This document shows, one piece after another, positions 39,580-53,800 of a stretch of DNA of 64,000 bases. The DNA is from Epiperipatus broadwayi (lineage: Eukaryota; Animalia; Onychophora), in contig JAQFVV010000005.1 in NCBI GenBank assembly GCA_028023455.1, positions 7,316,001 to 7,380,000 of the forward strand, read 5' to 3'. The position numbers and the translations under genes were made by a program. The number at the start of each line of letters is the position of its first letter. The stretch's first letter is position 1. Below the pieces are notes generated by a model. The model was not told where the DNA came from and searched no databases. It worked only from the letters and a program-made list of their open reading frames with translations.

Positions 39580-41350
39580 AGACTAAAGGTATCTGCACTA
39601 TATGGCGCCATCTAGGCATTTGAACCTAGAAAAATTTATAAAGCAGGCAGATACATAAGTCAAAAAAAGATTTTTTTTTTTTTTTTTAAATATTTTGGTT
39701 CCGATCGTTAGCCCATGTCACTAGCTCAGTGGAATAGCAGAGATTAAATAATATAATCTAAGAGTATATAAAAAAAGAATAAAATAAGCCACTGCCAGTA
39801 ATTAGCATACAAACATTTATTTATGCACACATATATAAGATTGAAAATTGTTTTAGTATCAGTTTACATTTTAACATTTAACATTATTTTTAACTTTACT
39901 TTAGATTTTAATTTACGTTTTAATTTCTATTATATTATAAGTTTACATTTTAATTAAGTTCGCACAGATGGAATTATAAAAAATTTGTTTTAATAATGTT
40001 GAGTATAGATCGGTTACATAGATTACAACGGTTAAAAACATTTCAAAATAAACATAAACGATCAAAATATAAAATCATTGATACTGACAATTGCAGAGGG
40101 AAATTTATAAGTAACCCCATAGTATTCACCATAAGATACTTGCATTGTCACCAATAACTTAAAGACATCCGAATAAATACATTATAGATACTCACCGTAA
40201 GGTATCATTATTTATCGAATGTCTATATATTTTGATCAAATATGAAAATCCAAAACATACTTAACCGATAACCAATCCATGCAAGCGTCTATAAACAACT
40301 TAAATTTAATGCATTTTTATTTAGGGTCAAGTATGAATAGACTACATAGATTTGCATTTGAAAATAAAATATTCTATCCCTATTTAACCATAGGCTAAAA
40401 TTCGCAGTCAAACTGGCATCAATTCATCTGATATATCGATGTATTCAATGTAATACGGAATATGGCAGCACCAAAAAGATTAAGAGAAGACATTGATTCT
40501 CGTCAGATAGGAATATTACATCTATCTAACGAGAAGAACAATAAAAAAAAAACTCCATAGAAAGGAACTGCGTTCTCTGTCTTATAATTCCTTCCATAGG
40601 CAATCGGGTGAGTGCGGCGTATATATAAACGATTCTGCCAGTAGCGAATCTCCGACTACATCTACTAACTACATCAATATATCCAATCCATTGACCCAAT
40701 TTAACAACGACACAAATAACCTAAGATTACCCTCCCCTAATATAACTTTACAAATCTATACAGCCATTCATGCCCGACTTAAGTTTAACATTGGTATATT
40801 TTAATTTATCGGAAAACAGAAATCATAAATAAACTTAAAGAACAAAATTAAATAAATGGAAATGATTTTAAATAAATAAATAAAAAATACATCAAATAAC
40901 ATTATTAATAAAGAATTTAGTTTGGTCAGATAGGATTCTATTTGTATTTTTTATATATGGAAAGTTTTTAATTTAATGTTCATAAATTATAAAGTTCTTA
41001 CGGTTTTTTAAACAGTTCATCTTTATATGTTCCTTGCCATTTGAATGTGAATTCCCACGCCATCCTAAAAAGATTGGTATCCATTTAGCCGTTGTTTTAT
41101 TTATTCATTCGGAGGTTTTTTAGTTTAGTTGGTCCTCAATGTAGAAAACGATAGTTCATTTCTCTTTCTTTCTTTGGCAAAACTGAAGGGATTGAAGAGT
41201 GCATCTTTTCAATCCCTTTTCCTTCACTTCCGCACTAACACATATCTGTCACATCGTAAATAATCAATCTACTAATAATTTTCAAACTTGTCCTTTTATA
41301 TTAATTTGAAGGATTGAATTTACATTACATCATCGATGCGATGGTCCTTT
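39580..41350. promoter_or_regulatory. Candidate (possibly bidirectional) promoter / first-exon region
   Basis: CpG is locally more frequent than in the flanks. Outward-facing donor consensus G|GTGAGT on minus (40190-40196) and plus (40607-40613), DRE-like TATCGAT (40434), ETS-like CACTTCCG (41225), and gcgccatcta (about 39605). Confidence 0.4.
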
Positions 41351-44106
41351 CGCTGAGGTCCGATTCCATAGGGATTTCTTTTTATTTGCTAAAAGTTTCT
41401 ATTGTTTTCCTATCTGACCGATATTTTTACATTTAAATGCCCAAGGCTGGTTTACATTTAACTAATTAAAACAATCATTTCCATTTCTGATTAATTAATG
41501 TGTTTTCCAAGATTAAAGATATATTTTTATCTCTAAATCTTTTTAGGTTTTTGTTTTTAAAATACCTTTCTATTTTTAATAAAGTTTTATTTTAATATTT
41601 GTTTTTTTTTTTTATCTGTGCGATTTATATATACGAGTTTAAGATGATATTTAATTTCAATTTTTAATTCTTAAAGAAAATTTTTAAATGCGAACATGTT
41701 TAATAATAAAAAACAATGTAACGTCGTCTGTGCTTGTTACAATACAGAAACTAATTTATCTGTCAAATCGTATGTGAGAATGCCCACACACAACCTGGCA
41801 GAGCTGACATATTTGTTGAACAATCTGATTATTTGCTATCCTAGAAACATTTATTTATTAATTTTCCCTATTCTCATCCAATAAAATTTATAGCCATTAG
41901 ACCACATCACTGATTCAAACAACAGATTTAAATAATTAAGATTACAGTTGATTAAAATTTTAAATAATTCACTGATTGATAAAATATAACTTGATAAACA
42001 TCAAGCCCAAAATAAGGTTACAACATATATATAATGCTGTTGACTGTCCTTATCTATTTTTGGAATAGATACCCTTCCCACAACTTGACAATATTTGTCC
42101 TAAGCTTTATTTCATATTTTCCACAATAAAATGATAGGCTTGGAATGCTGCACTAAAAATATATGTGCAATTTTTGTATTCTCATTATCTTTTGTTGTTT
42201 CTCATTAAGCCTTGGATTTCAGAGCTGAAAGAATGATGCATTCTTACAATTGATTGACTGAATCATTTCATTCATCTATGCATCTCTTAATCAAGATTTC
42301 AGGAAATTCTTATTACATTTGTTCATATATTCAATCAGTTATAGTGATATTACAGCTTAGTTCAATTCCTTGAACTAATTTTACTTAATTAATTGCTATG
42401 TTTATGGGTTAAAATGAAATATTGAAGTTTCTCCAATTGACAGTTACCATTGCCTTACTTAGCAGAGACATTTTATTGCCTTAAAAGTCATTAATGTTTT
42501 TTTTAAGAATTTTCTATTCCACACCTCCTGCCCTACCTTTTATTAATAAACTTCCACATTCTTTTTGAAACTATTGTGATTACTGATCCAAAGTCTAGTT
42601 CCATATCTCTATGCAAATTATCATTTCAATTCTATTTTCCATTTTTTTATCATTGTAGTTTTTGATAATGATTTTAATCCTTTTCATTATTTTGGTAATT
42701 TCTGTTAGTCTCTTTCTGTTGGACTTAATAGGACATGCCTTTTTTATTTTTTAAAAAAACATGCTTATATTTAATATGGCCAATTTTATCATAAAATTGG
42801 TACAATTTCTGAATTTGCAATTTTTAGAATCGTGAATGCTCTAACAATAGAAACATCTTTCAAAGGTTTTTGTTGGACAAGGCTTCTTTTTCTGCCTTAA
42901 ACTTCATTGATTTATTTTTTGATTCTGGGTTTTTGAAGTTGCCTGTTGTCTGTTAATTGAGCAACTTGGATGGCTATTATTTCATCCATATTTGCTTAAG
43001 TAATTGCATAGTAGAACATGTCTACATTCATAAGCAGCTTCAGCTATAAATTATATTTTTTATGCAATATATAAATACATATCTAAAGCAGCTATAAGTG
43101 GCTGAAATGTCAGCCAGATTTTGAAATTCACTGTTAATTTTAATGGGTTTTCATGATCACTCTGACTTCTCTGATTGAATTTTTATAATTATAGATGGCT
43201 AATGGTTTGGAATAAAAATTTTCTTTTAATGCTTATATTGCCTTATCATACAACATGTTTGATGGGTACATTTTTGCTGTCTAGAAATATAATATTTTAT
43301 ACATGGTTGGTGGTCTTCATACTCTAACAAATGTATCAACATTAATTATAGCTTAACTATACCATTAACATTGAAAAAGAATCTGAACTAGTCAAGTTTT
43401 CGGCACTTTCTCAATAGATTATGTTAAACACCCCTAGTGAATCTATCTTAACCATTTTTTACTTTAACTTTATTTTATGATGCATCATATAATGACGGGC
43501 AAACTTTTATCCATAAAAAAAAAAATCACTTTACTGCCAATTGTTATAGTTAACTCAATGAGTAAAATGATAAATACAACAGTGAATGTATTCTAGAAAA
43601 AATTATTAATTTTATTATCTAAGTAATACATAGTTTCAGTGCACTTTAAAAGTTAAAATTGATTATTTGTTAGTCTGCTTTCAAAACATGTTATTTTAGC
43701 CTGTTTAATATTTACTTAAATCTCTTTGAATTAAAAATTTCAATATCTTTCAATCAATCTTTAATGTTTATACAAAATATTTTAGATCAGGGATAGGTAA
43801 CTTTTTTCGTCAGTGTCAGAATGAAATTTTCTTATCTTAATATGGCCGGAGTAGATTAAATGATTTTAAAAAAATTCAGAACCTAAATGTTAAATTAGTT
43901 GAATTACTATATTATTAACCTATTTTAAAAAATTGTAATTATTATTAATTGAATGAATATATTTTATCTTATGTACACACTTTAAAATATAATAATAACA
44001 CACTATTGTTGTATGTAATCAAAGTAGGTTTTTGATTACTTACTGTATTGAATGAAATTGGCATTTTTTGCTTTTGTTGTCATTAACAATGAAACTCTTT
44101 AGTCAA

Positions 44107-44178
44107 GCATTGGTGGCCTAGTGGTTAGCATAGCTGCCTTCTCAGCAACTGGCCCGGGTTCACTTCCCAGTCAATACA
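44107..44178 (+). pseudogene. tRNA-Gly(TCC)-derived retroposed pseudogene
   Basis: 72 nt alignable to tRNA-Gly(TCC) (GCRTTGGTGG..TAGTGGTTAGCATAGCTGCCTTC..AGCA...CCCGGGTTC..TTCCC.G.CAA). Anticodon loop and T loop are mutated. A-rich tail and 17-bp TSD aacaatgaaactcttta (44085-44101 / 44200-44216). Confidence 0.85.
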
Positions 44179-47100
44179 TTTGACACATGAAAAAAACAAA
44201 ACAATGAAACTCTTTATTTTAGTTATGCTATAAACAAAGCACTGATTGTCTTGCAAGGACACTAGATGAAAATCATATAAAATATATTAATCATATTCTA
44301 ATTCTATATGTGAAACAATGTTATATGCTGTACAATCAATGAATTTTAAACCCAAGTTTTTGTATCATTTTCACCATTTTTATTTTCAGTTGTTGGTAGT
44401 TTTAATGAAGCCAGTATCTTATAATATCGGCAATTTTACAAAATAAAATTTTGAAAAAAAAAAAAAGGTTTTTAAGAAATAAGTTTTGAGATTTCTTTTA
44501 AAAATCATTGTAACAAATAACTGATGGTAAATTAAAATAGTGAGTACAAATTGATGATAATCATTGTGGCGAATTATTACATTAAGATCCATCACTAATC
44601 AGAATAAAGATGTATATAAATTTAATCTAAAGTATTCTTTATAAGAAATATATATATATTTTTTTACTGAACTAATCTTTCTCATTGCATAATGCATTTG
44701 AGAATAAAAACAAAAATATACAAATCTAAAAAAATAACGAAGACAAATGTATATAATAAAATACACCAATATATATAAACAGTAATATTACACAAAAAAA
44801 TTAATTAATTAATTTATATTTTTTTTGCATAAAAAATTTAATACATCTTTACTCTGCTTAATGAGGACAGTTGGTTTTCCAAAACTCATAGCAAGAAAAT
44901 TGCATAAAAAGCGAGGAATTATAATGAATTTTTATGGGGAAAAATTACCTTGTTCCTATGGATAAAAATTATACTATAAATTGTGAATATTGTTTTAATG
45001 AACAACTTAGTATTTATAGTCATTTAAAAAAAAAAATCCTAATGTACAATACATTGTGAACATTGGTGTAATTATTGGGTGGGATTTTATTATGCTTACT
45101 TTAACATTTTTGTTGAGCTTGTACTTTAGCTTTTTGTGTGAAAATTTATCCAAAATGATTAAAATTTGGGATCTTCTAATGGCAAAAGAACATGCAGTGT
45201 AGTCTTTCCAAAATGCTCGGTGAACTTCCTTATTATAGATTCTACAAAAGTACCCACACTATTAAAGATTCCTGCCTGCCGACATAAAAAACCCACATTT
45301 GTAATACACATTTGTTATACTTACTTTTATCACTTTTTCATTTTGCACTTATATGAAATTTTGTTTAATTACAATTTTATTTAGTTTTGTGTATTCTCTT
45401 TTGCTTTTTATAATCATATTAAAAAAATAAACTAAAAGGAAATAGCAATTTGCAAGATTTTTTGATACCCCTGGAAATGGATATTTAAAGCAAAAATGCT
45501 TTGTGATGTGCAAAAGTACCATTTTTAGTTATGTACTGAATAAAATTTATTTTATCTTTCCTTTTTTTTTTTTTTTTTACTGAGAGTTTATGAAGTTTGT
45601 AATGAAAGATTTCTTTATCTTGGATATGTTAGAAATCCTGCAGTATGTGTTATTTTTAACTTATGTTTAGTATCCTTTGCTCATATAAAGTTGACTATTA
45701 ATTGTGTTATGCCTATAATAGATTTTTTTCATTTTTAAAAGTGAAAATCGTTTAGATTTAGAGTAATGGTATTGTTATTTTGATGGGATTAGCATTTATA
45801 AGAATATTAAATAAAAATTAAGTGAATATATTTTAATTAATACACATTTTAAAATTTATTTTTAATGCAACATTGTTATTATATATGTTGTATATGATCA
45901 GAGTGAAATAAACAACTATTGATGGTTATATTTTACTATTTATTGAACTGGCTTTCATCTCCATTGTGGGCAAATACAGAATTATATTCGATATTTGATC
46001 ATTATAGTTAGATATTGAATGAAATTTGGAAATTACAGTAGACTGATTTGAAGTGATGTTGGATGAAAATTAAGTAAGTCCAATAATAATATTTCTAATT
46101 ATTTTATATTACATTATATTATTCTACAACATACTGTACAATACTATGTAATTAAAACATTTTTAATTAGTGTTTGTAATGAATAAACCCTGTAATGCAG
46201 CAGATCTCAATTTTTTAGAATTCAGGATCTGACTTTTCATATCAGCTTTAATTGTGACCCCCCCCCCCTACTCCCAATTATTTTTGGAGCCATAATATTG
46301 TTTTTGCAAGAAAGGTCCAAGTAAGCCATTAATTTGTGGAACTTTAAATAATTAATATTAATTAAAGTACATTTTGTGTTAATATGTATTTACTATTTCT
46401 AAGAGTGACATTTTATTTTTACATTAACAGAATATATCTTTTCTTATTTTGATTTCAATAATGTTTTATTTCTAAATTTTTTTTTGTCTATTTTTCATAT
46501 TTTTGCACACACCTCTTCCCTTTTATTATTTCATGCTCCTTAGGAGGTCATGATCACTTCTGTAATGTTTTTCTTCTTAGCATAAATATCTCCATTTTAT
46601 TTTCTGAGGATACTGCTTTCATGAAATCGATATCCTTTAATGCCATTACCTTTGTAAAATGATTGATATTTGCAACAGTTGTGACATTAAAAAAAAAGTG
46701 TATTACAAATTATTGTGGCAAATACATGTTCATTGAAATAATAAGTATAAATTGATGATGGATTTAATTTTAATATATGTTCTGTAACAAAATCGGATTA
46801 ATTATAATAAATTTGTAATATGTTAAGCAGTTGTGAAGCAGATCATTTAAAGTAATTTTGTATTGATAAGAGAAATCTTTTACAAAATTTTTTTTTACTC
46901 TGTGTTATGGAATAATGTGTTAAAGAGATAAATTGTTGTAATATTAATAACATTCTTTATTTTAAAAAAGGGGAAATATTTTTTGATAAAATATTGTTTA
47001 TATTTGATAATATATATTAAAAACACAAGTTTATATTTTTTGATTTGTATATTTTTATTTTATTTTTTAGATGAATTACTTCTTGCTAAAGATTATGAAA

Positions 47101-48542
47101 AGTAATTGAACTATTTATGGATATAGTTTAGTTCAGTAAAAAACAAATTAAAAAACAAAGCAAATGAACAAATATGATAAAATGTATATATTGTTATTGT
47201 ATGTATCATGATGCATTTCTAAAATCAAAATTTTCTTTTTGTTAATGATCTTGTTCAGATTTGTTATAGTATATTTAATCAAGTATATTACTCATTTTTA
47301 AAAATTTCAAAGTAAACCTTCTTATATCAGAGTAGCAATAATTATAGAAAGCATAAACATTAATATAATAATTTTTCTTTATTTTATTTAGGCCATTTGT
47401 ATGGGACAATAGCTGTTGCTACCTTGAAGATTTGCATATGGGATTTATTTTCTGATTGTTTTATAAGAAGATAGTACAATAAAAGAGAACTGATGACCAG
47501 TGGAATTTGAGAAATATTTCCAGGAAACTTCTTTGTTCACTTTTAGTATTCATAAAGTTTTCATCCATTGAGCAGGTTTTAATAATGTTAATCACAATGT
47601 TGTATCAAAGTTCCAAGAAAAGATTTATGAAAATGAAGAAAATTTTATTTTTACAAAAATCTTAAGTATAATACAAAGATTTTAAATGCTGATGTTTATT
47701 GTTGAAGATTACAACATGTCTAATATCAGATTTCAATTTTTCTTTGTACAAATATTTTGAATTTTTATAAACATTTTTTTTTTTATATTGATGTTGATAT
47801 TTTATTGACTAAATGAACAGGAAATTATAAAAGGCATCTACAAGTTTTCATAATATTACTAAATTTTAAACAATTTTCAAATTAGCAATGCCATTGAAAA
47901 TGGCATCTGTAGTGAAAGTTCATATGAAGAGAGGAAGAAGACATTTCCATGGGCCATGCATTCAACTAACAACAGCAATTATATCTGTTTAATAATTTAT
48001 TATTTTACTTTGGTGAAATTATTTTAAAGGACTTGCAGATGGTGATAATATTTAATTTATTACAAAATCACACATTATTAAACAGGCAAAACTCTCCATA
48101 CACTCAGTGCAAGCCAGAGTAATCATTAACAGTTATGAGCAAGCATATAGAAAATGGTGATCATGTGAAAATTACACATCTTTGGATTATATTAGTTATT
48201 AAAAAATCTGATCAAAGATTCATTTGGGTAAAACAAAATTGAAATATATTTATGGAAGCAAATGGTTAGTTAAAAAGTTTTATGACTTTTTTAATAAAAT
48301 ACATTAAATTATATGAAGAACTCATGCATCTCTTATTTTTTAAAAATTTCAAGTAGAATATTAAATAGGTAAATCATTATATCTGATATATTTAAAGAAA
48401 TCAGTTAATAAATTCAAAGAACTTTTACAAAAAAACAATTAGAGAAATTAACTGCCATCATAGATGTGAAAAATATCTTTTTAAAGAAATAGCTCTTATA
48501 GTGTGGAATCTGTAAATACATTATTACCAGAACTAATTTCAA

Positions 48543-49636
48543 ATGCAAGATAACAAGAATAAAGAAAAAAACATTTTGAGAATAGTGTTGTGAGCAATTA
48601 CAATACTACCTTAATAGAAGCTGATAAAATTTTGCAAATAAAGGACCGTATTAATGTAATCATTGTAGTTTTAAGACTGCTCAAAAAGGTGGTTTAAATA
48701 ATCATAAAAGAATTCATGCAGAAGAGCCAACTTTACAATATAGCTTGTGTTCATAGAGAACTGTTGAAATTAAATTTTTTACAGTATATGTAAGCATGCA
48801 TGCAGGTATAAAACTTTTCCAATGCCCTCTATGTGATTACAAAGTACAATTTAAATCTATTTTAGTAAAGCATATAAGATTTCATACAGGAGAAAAACCT
48901 ACTATTCATGAAAGACTTCATACCCGAGAAAAATCTTATAAGTGCAGTCTGTATGTCTACAAGACCAATTACAAAGATTGTTTAGAAAATCATGAAAAAC
49001 ATCATAGTAGAGAAAACCTTTCAAGTGCAGCCTGTGTAATTATAGAGCATCTGAAAAATCAGCTATAATATGTCATCTAAAAATTATTTCAGGAGACAGT
49101 TTGTTGAAATGTACTCAGTGTAATTATAAAACTTATAAAAAAATTAATTTAAAAAGACATGAAAGAATTTATACTGAAGAAAGACTTTTCCAGTGTAGTA
49201 TGTGTAAATGCAGAGCAATTACTAAATATTTTTTAATAATACATAAAAGAAGGTATGCTAGAGAAAGACCCTATAAGTGTAGTACATGTGATTATAAATC
49301 TGTTTGTAAATCCTATGTAACTGTCCATGAAAAACTTCATAAATAAGAAATTGGTGTAGCTTCTGTGGTTCTAAAGCTGCAGCAGAAAGTAATCTTAAAA
49401 ATAGTTGTAAATCATTGGAGTTCTGCCATGAAGGAAGTCATTCAAAAAAAGGATCTATCATTAACAGTGAAGACTGCTGTTTGTGTGATTACAAAGTCAT
49501 CAATAGTAATGATTTAAAAACTCATGTAAACAATTATTTCAGTGATGTTGAAACTGTTGATATTTATATGATATTTAAAAAAGTCTTTCTCACAATAACA
49601 ATTTGCTTTAAAAAAACTGGGATAATCCATCTATAA
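48543..49636 (+). pseudogene. C2H2 zinc-finger pseudogene, paralog of 19791-20603
   Basis: Same N-terminus (atgcaa...ttgagaatagt), fingers with HTGEKP/ERPY linkers, same C-terminal CCLCDYK..ND LKTH. Multiple frameshifts and stops. The upstream non-coding region 47390-48540 aligns with 18796-19790. Confidence 0.85.
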
Positions 49637-49909
49637 GAGAATTACAATTCTATTTTATAGATGAAATTTTTCAAACTATAGCCAGTTAATAGAGAAATTA
49701 CTGATGTATATCTAATCTTTTATCAAATGAATAGTATGAATGAAAGAAATGAAATAAATTGATAATTTACAAACCAAGTGACAAGTAATGAAAAAAAAAA
49801 TGCAATTATAAAAAAAAAAATTATTTAAAAGAAATAGAACAGTCTGTTTTTCTAGATATATTTAATGGTCATTGTTTAAAAAAAAATACAATATGTAATA
49901 GCATTAACT

Positions 49910-50204
49910 AAAAAATGTTTTATATTAAATACTTTTATTGACTGTGCATTAAAAAGAAATAAAATTGTTGTTTCTTCAATCACAATATGAGTTTTTAGAT
50001 TTAACTTGAAATAAAAGCATAGGGGTTCAGAAATTAATTAAGTCAATTTCATGTTATAAAAAATAGGGATTGATTTAATCAATTTTTTGAACCGTCATGT
50101 TTTTATTTCAAGTTAAATGAAAATCCCAACTGTGTTTGAAGAAACAATTTAATTTCTTTTAGTATACAGTCAATAAAAGCATTTAATATAAAAACAATTT
50201 TTTA
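49910..50204. repeat. About 295-bp hairpin, copy 2
   Basis: Arms ttttatattaaatacttttattgactg...tttcttcaa / ttgaagaaa...cagtcaataaaagcatttaatataaaa; loop tgttataaaaaat. Confidence 0.9.
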
Positions 50205-50254
50205 TGTATTATTTTTAAGTTTTTACTATTGGCACAGTAAATGAAAATATAAAA

Positions 50255-50731
50255 CTATATTTGTAATATATAGGGTATATGAGCACAGACTTTCACATGA
50301 CCCACAATTCTCCACACTATCTCATAACACTGACACACTTGAACACATATATGTTGAAAAGATAAATAATCACCAATATACGTATTTCATGCTAAACCAG
50401 CAATCATCATATGGTCCAGATTACCATTTCTACACATAAGTGCTCAGATATATATTAAGATAATCAATCCTCATACTTTAATGGACAGGCTTCAATCTTT
50501 TCCACACTCCAACTCTTCAACCGTCCATCCAATTGAAAATCTGATGATGGAATGCTCAAAGACCACCCTGAGGCCGAGATTCTTGTCACACCCATGTTAA
50601 CCTAAGATCAATCTGATTATTTATCTTTTCAACATATATGTGTTTAAGTGTATCAGCGTTATGAGATAGTGTGGAGAGTGGTGGGTCATGTGAAAGTTTG
50701 TGCTGATATACCCTATATATTACATATATAG
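50255..50731. mobile_element. MITE-like element with 117-bp TIRs
   Basis: 50255-50371 is the reverse complement of 50615-50731. Absent from the paralogous site at about 58005. Confidence 0.8.
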
Positions 50732-50821
50732 ACAGATATATAATAAGCTTGTGTATTTCAGTTATAAAATTATATTGTACTTTAAATTGACTGGGCACTT
50801 ATAGTTGATATATATATATTA

Positions 50822-53800
50822 TGAAGTTTATTAAATTCACAACTTAATGGATATTGTATTTTAATTATTATTTAGTTTTGAGGTCACTTATACAAGTCAA
50901 GGTTCATTGATATATTTAGATATACATAAGTTTACTTATTTAATGTGTATATTAAATTCAATAAAATTCCCTTTGTTTCTGGTATATATATTTTGTTAGT
51001 TAGTCAAATTAACCCTGAGAAGAAATTGTAATGATAGGTCTTATTATTGCTCTATATGATTTTGGATTTATTTCATGTATAGCTAGTTGGAAGGGCATAT
51101 AAACAATTTATTTAAATATAATTGGGATAATTTTATCTTTCTTCATATGTGTATTTTCTTTCTTCATTTAAATTATACTATCTATTATATTTGGCTTTCT
51201 CAACAATTGGATTAATTTAGATTGTTAAGACCTTTCTTTGTATGCATATTCCAATCCATTACATTTATCGTTTTCAACTGGGACAATCGTAGACTGTGAC
51301 ATTTGTCGTCCAATGTTTTGGGCATACTTTTCTCGGTATATGTGTATTTTCTTTCTTCATTTAGATTGGATAATATATGCGTTCTATTTTACATTTGGCG
51401 CGCCATCGTTAGGGCTTGGTTAACTGATGATTATTGTTGAAGAGTCTGTTCTATTACATTTTATCTTTTTTCATGTAAATTATACTATCTATTATATTTG
51501 GGCTTTATCAAAAATTGGATTCATTTAGAGTGGATAATATATACGTTCTATTACATTTGTTGTCCAATGTTTTGGGCATTCTTTTTTCATTATATCTAAA
51601 TGATATGCTATATGATTAATCCATTACATTTATCGCTTTTAAATAGACAAAGACATAATAAAATTAAAAGGATTGTACTTTGCTTAGTTGAGTAATTGCA
51701 TGTAGGGATAATAGTAAGAGATGGTGAGCCCTTGATCTGCGGTAATTACTACATAGAAATATATATATATCTTAGATTTTTTTTTTGTAGGAGTATATAA
51801 TATTGCAGTTCTAGTAATAATGGATAACAGTAATGAAATGCCAGTTAGTGGTAATTTTGATTTAAGGAATTTAGTAGAAATATTAAGAGCCGAGATGAAA
51901 ATCAACTCTAATGAACTAGAGGCTAGATTAAAAATGAATTTAAAAGAGGAACTTAGAGCTGAGTTAAAAACCAACTCTAATGAACTGAAAGAGGAACTTA
52001 GAGCTAGATTAAAAACCAATTCTGATGAACTTAGAGCTGAGATGAAAACCAATTCTGATGAACTTTCTAGGGGATTAAAAGTTGAGTTAAAAACTCTGGT
52101 AGATAATAGTGTTAGGAGATTAGAAATAAAATTTGATGAAAAATGGAAAAGTACAGAGAAGAGACAAAGGTCAAAGCTAATTTTTTGAAAGGAAAATTTG
52201 AAGAAGTAAGCAGTGAAATGAGGGAAGAAAATCAAGAAATTATAGCCAGATTTGAAGAGTCTAAGAAAGAGCATGGAGAATTTGAGAAAAGGATTGTTGA
52301 TGATAGCAAAGTATTGTGTGATAAATTCCAAGCATTGAAAATTGATAATGAATCTTCATTTAAAAATATTCATACAATTATCTCAGCTGAAGTTAAGATT
52401 GCTGTTGGATTGCAACAAGAGGAATAGCTGATTGATGTTAATAAATTACAAGAGATGGATAAATGGCTGGATGTAATAAGTAATGCTAATTCTAATCGTA
52501 TCCAGGAAGTAGATGCTAAACTGAATGAAATTCAAGAAAGGTTAAAACCCCTTTCAGAATATATGAAAAATAGTGGAATTGAAGCCTATAAAAATTATGA
52601 GATTGAGGTACGAAAAGATGTTTCAGAGATAGATATAAAAGTTGAAGAAATAAAAACTATTGTGTTAGAGAATTGTGAATGCATATCAAATTTACAAAAA
52701 CAATGGAGAGAACATGAAGTAGAGATAAACCAAAGTAGAATAAAAGATAATGTTGCGGACAGAGGTCATCTTAAGGATGAAATGTTTGTTAAGGATTTGG
52801 CAAATAAGGAAATTGTTGATTGTTATTTAGATAAAGTTCATGATGGAGTAAATGTGATGGAGTCCAAAAGATCTGATTCTCCACACCAAATCTCTAGTGA
52901 TTCATATATGAATCATAATGCTTTGAGGTTTATTAATGTTAAGGTTTTTAAAGGAGAATATCATGAGAATCCTATGGAATACTTGACTACATTAGAGTTG
53001 TTTACACTCAGTATCCTGTCATAGAAAGAAAAGTTGGCAGTTGTTAGCAACCATCTATATGCATCAGCTAAAGAATGGTGGAGATCTCTGTTTGAAAGGC
53101 CTCAGACTTATGGTGATTATCGCCAAGCCATAATGGATAACTTCTGGAATGAGGACAAGCAGGATTCTATACGCCATAAACTTTCTCATGAAAAATATAT
53201 CTCTCATGATGGGAGTTATACTCAATTTTTTCAACATCAGGTGGCCAAATTTAAAACCCTGACTGCATTTCCACTATCAGAAACCCAGATTATGCGGATT
53301 TTGCGTAGAAATTTACCAAGGCATATCGAACAAACATTGGTGGCCACAGATTGACATACCACTGAAGAAGTAGCAGATATCCTGGGAATACTAGAAGCTG
53401 GAGAGGGTACTTGTAATAGATTATCTGGAATTAAAAGGGATAACCCTAATTATAGTTTGGCAAATATAAATTATGTACCAGGAAACCAATTTGCAGGTCG
53501 CGTACAAAGATCTATAAGACCAAATAATATATGTACAAATAATTGGACTTGAAGCCTCAAATGTTTTATTTTTTATCCTTGAATATATTCTGCTAAGTAA
53601 ATTATAATTTTAATTAATTTAGTAAGGTGCTTTCTCTTATAAAAAAGTTATCTAAAGGAAATGTTAAAGCATAATGAAGAAGGTCAAACAGAAATAATGG
53701 TAGATGTTTACACTGAGTTATGTAATCTATTCATTAACAAATATAAAAATATGTTCATGTTTTATATTAGCTGCTATTTCTAGAAAATAGGACATCCCTT

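Noticed and set aside
43788-45473. hAT-like ends cagggatagg... and ...gatacccctg
   Set aside because: TIR match is weak and the 8-bp flanks do not match as a TSD.
51820-52100. Short tandem DNA repeats as a possible CRISPR-like array
   Set aside because: They are in-frame coding repeats without unique spacers, in a eukaryotic context.
51684-52331. 215-aa minus-strand ORF
   Set aside because: Antisense shadow of the repetitive gag coiled coil (Ser/Leu/Phe-rich).
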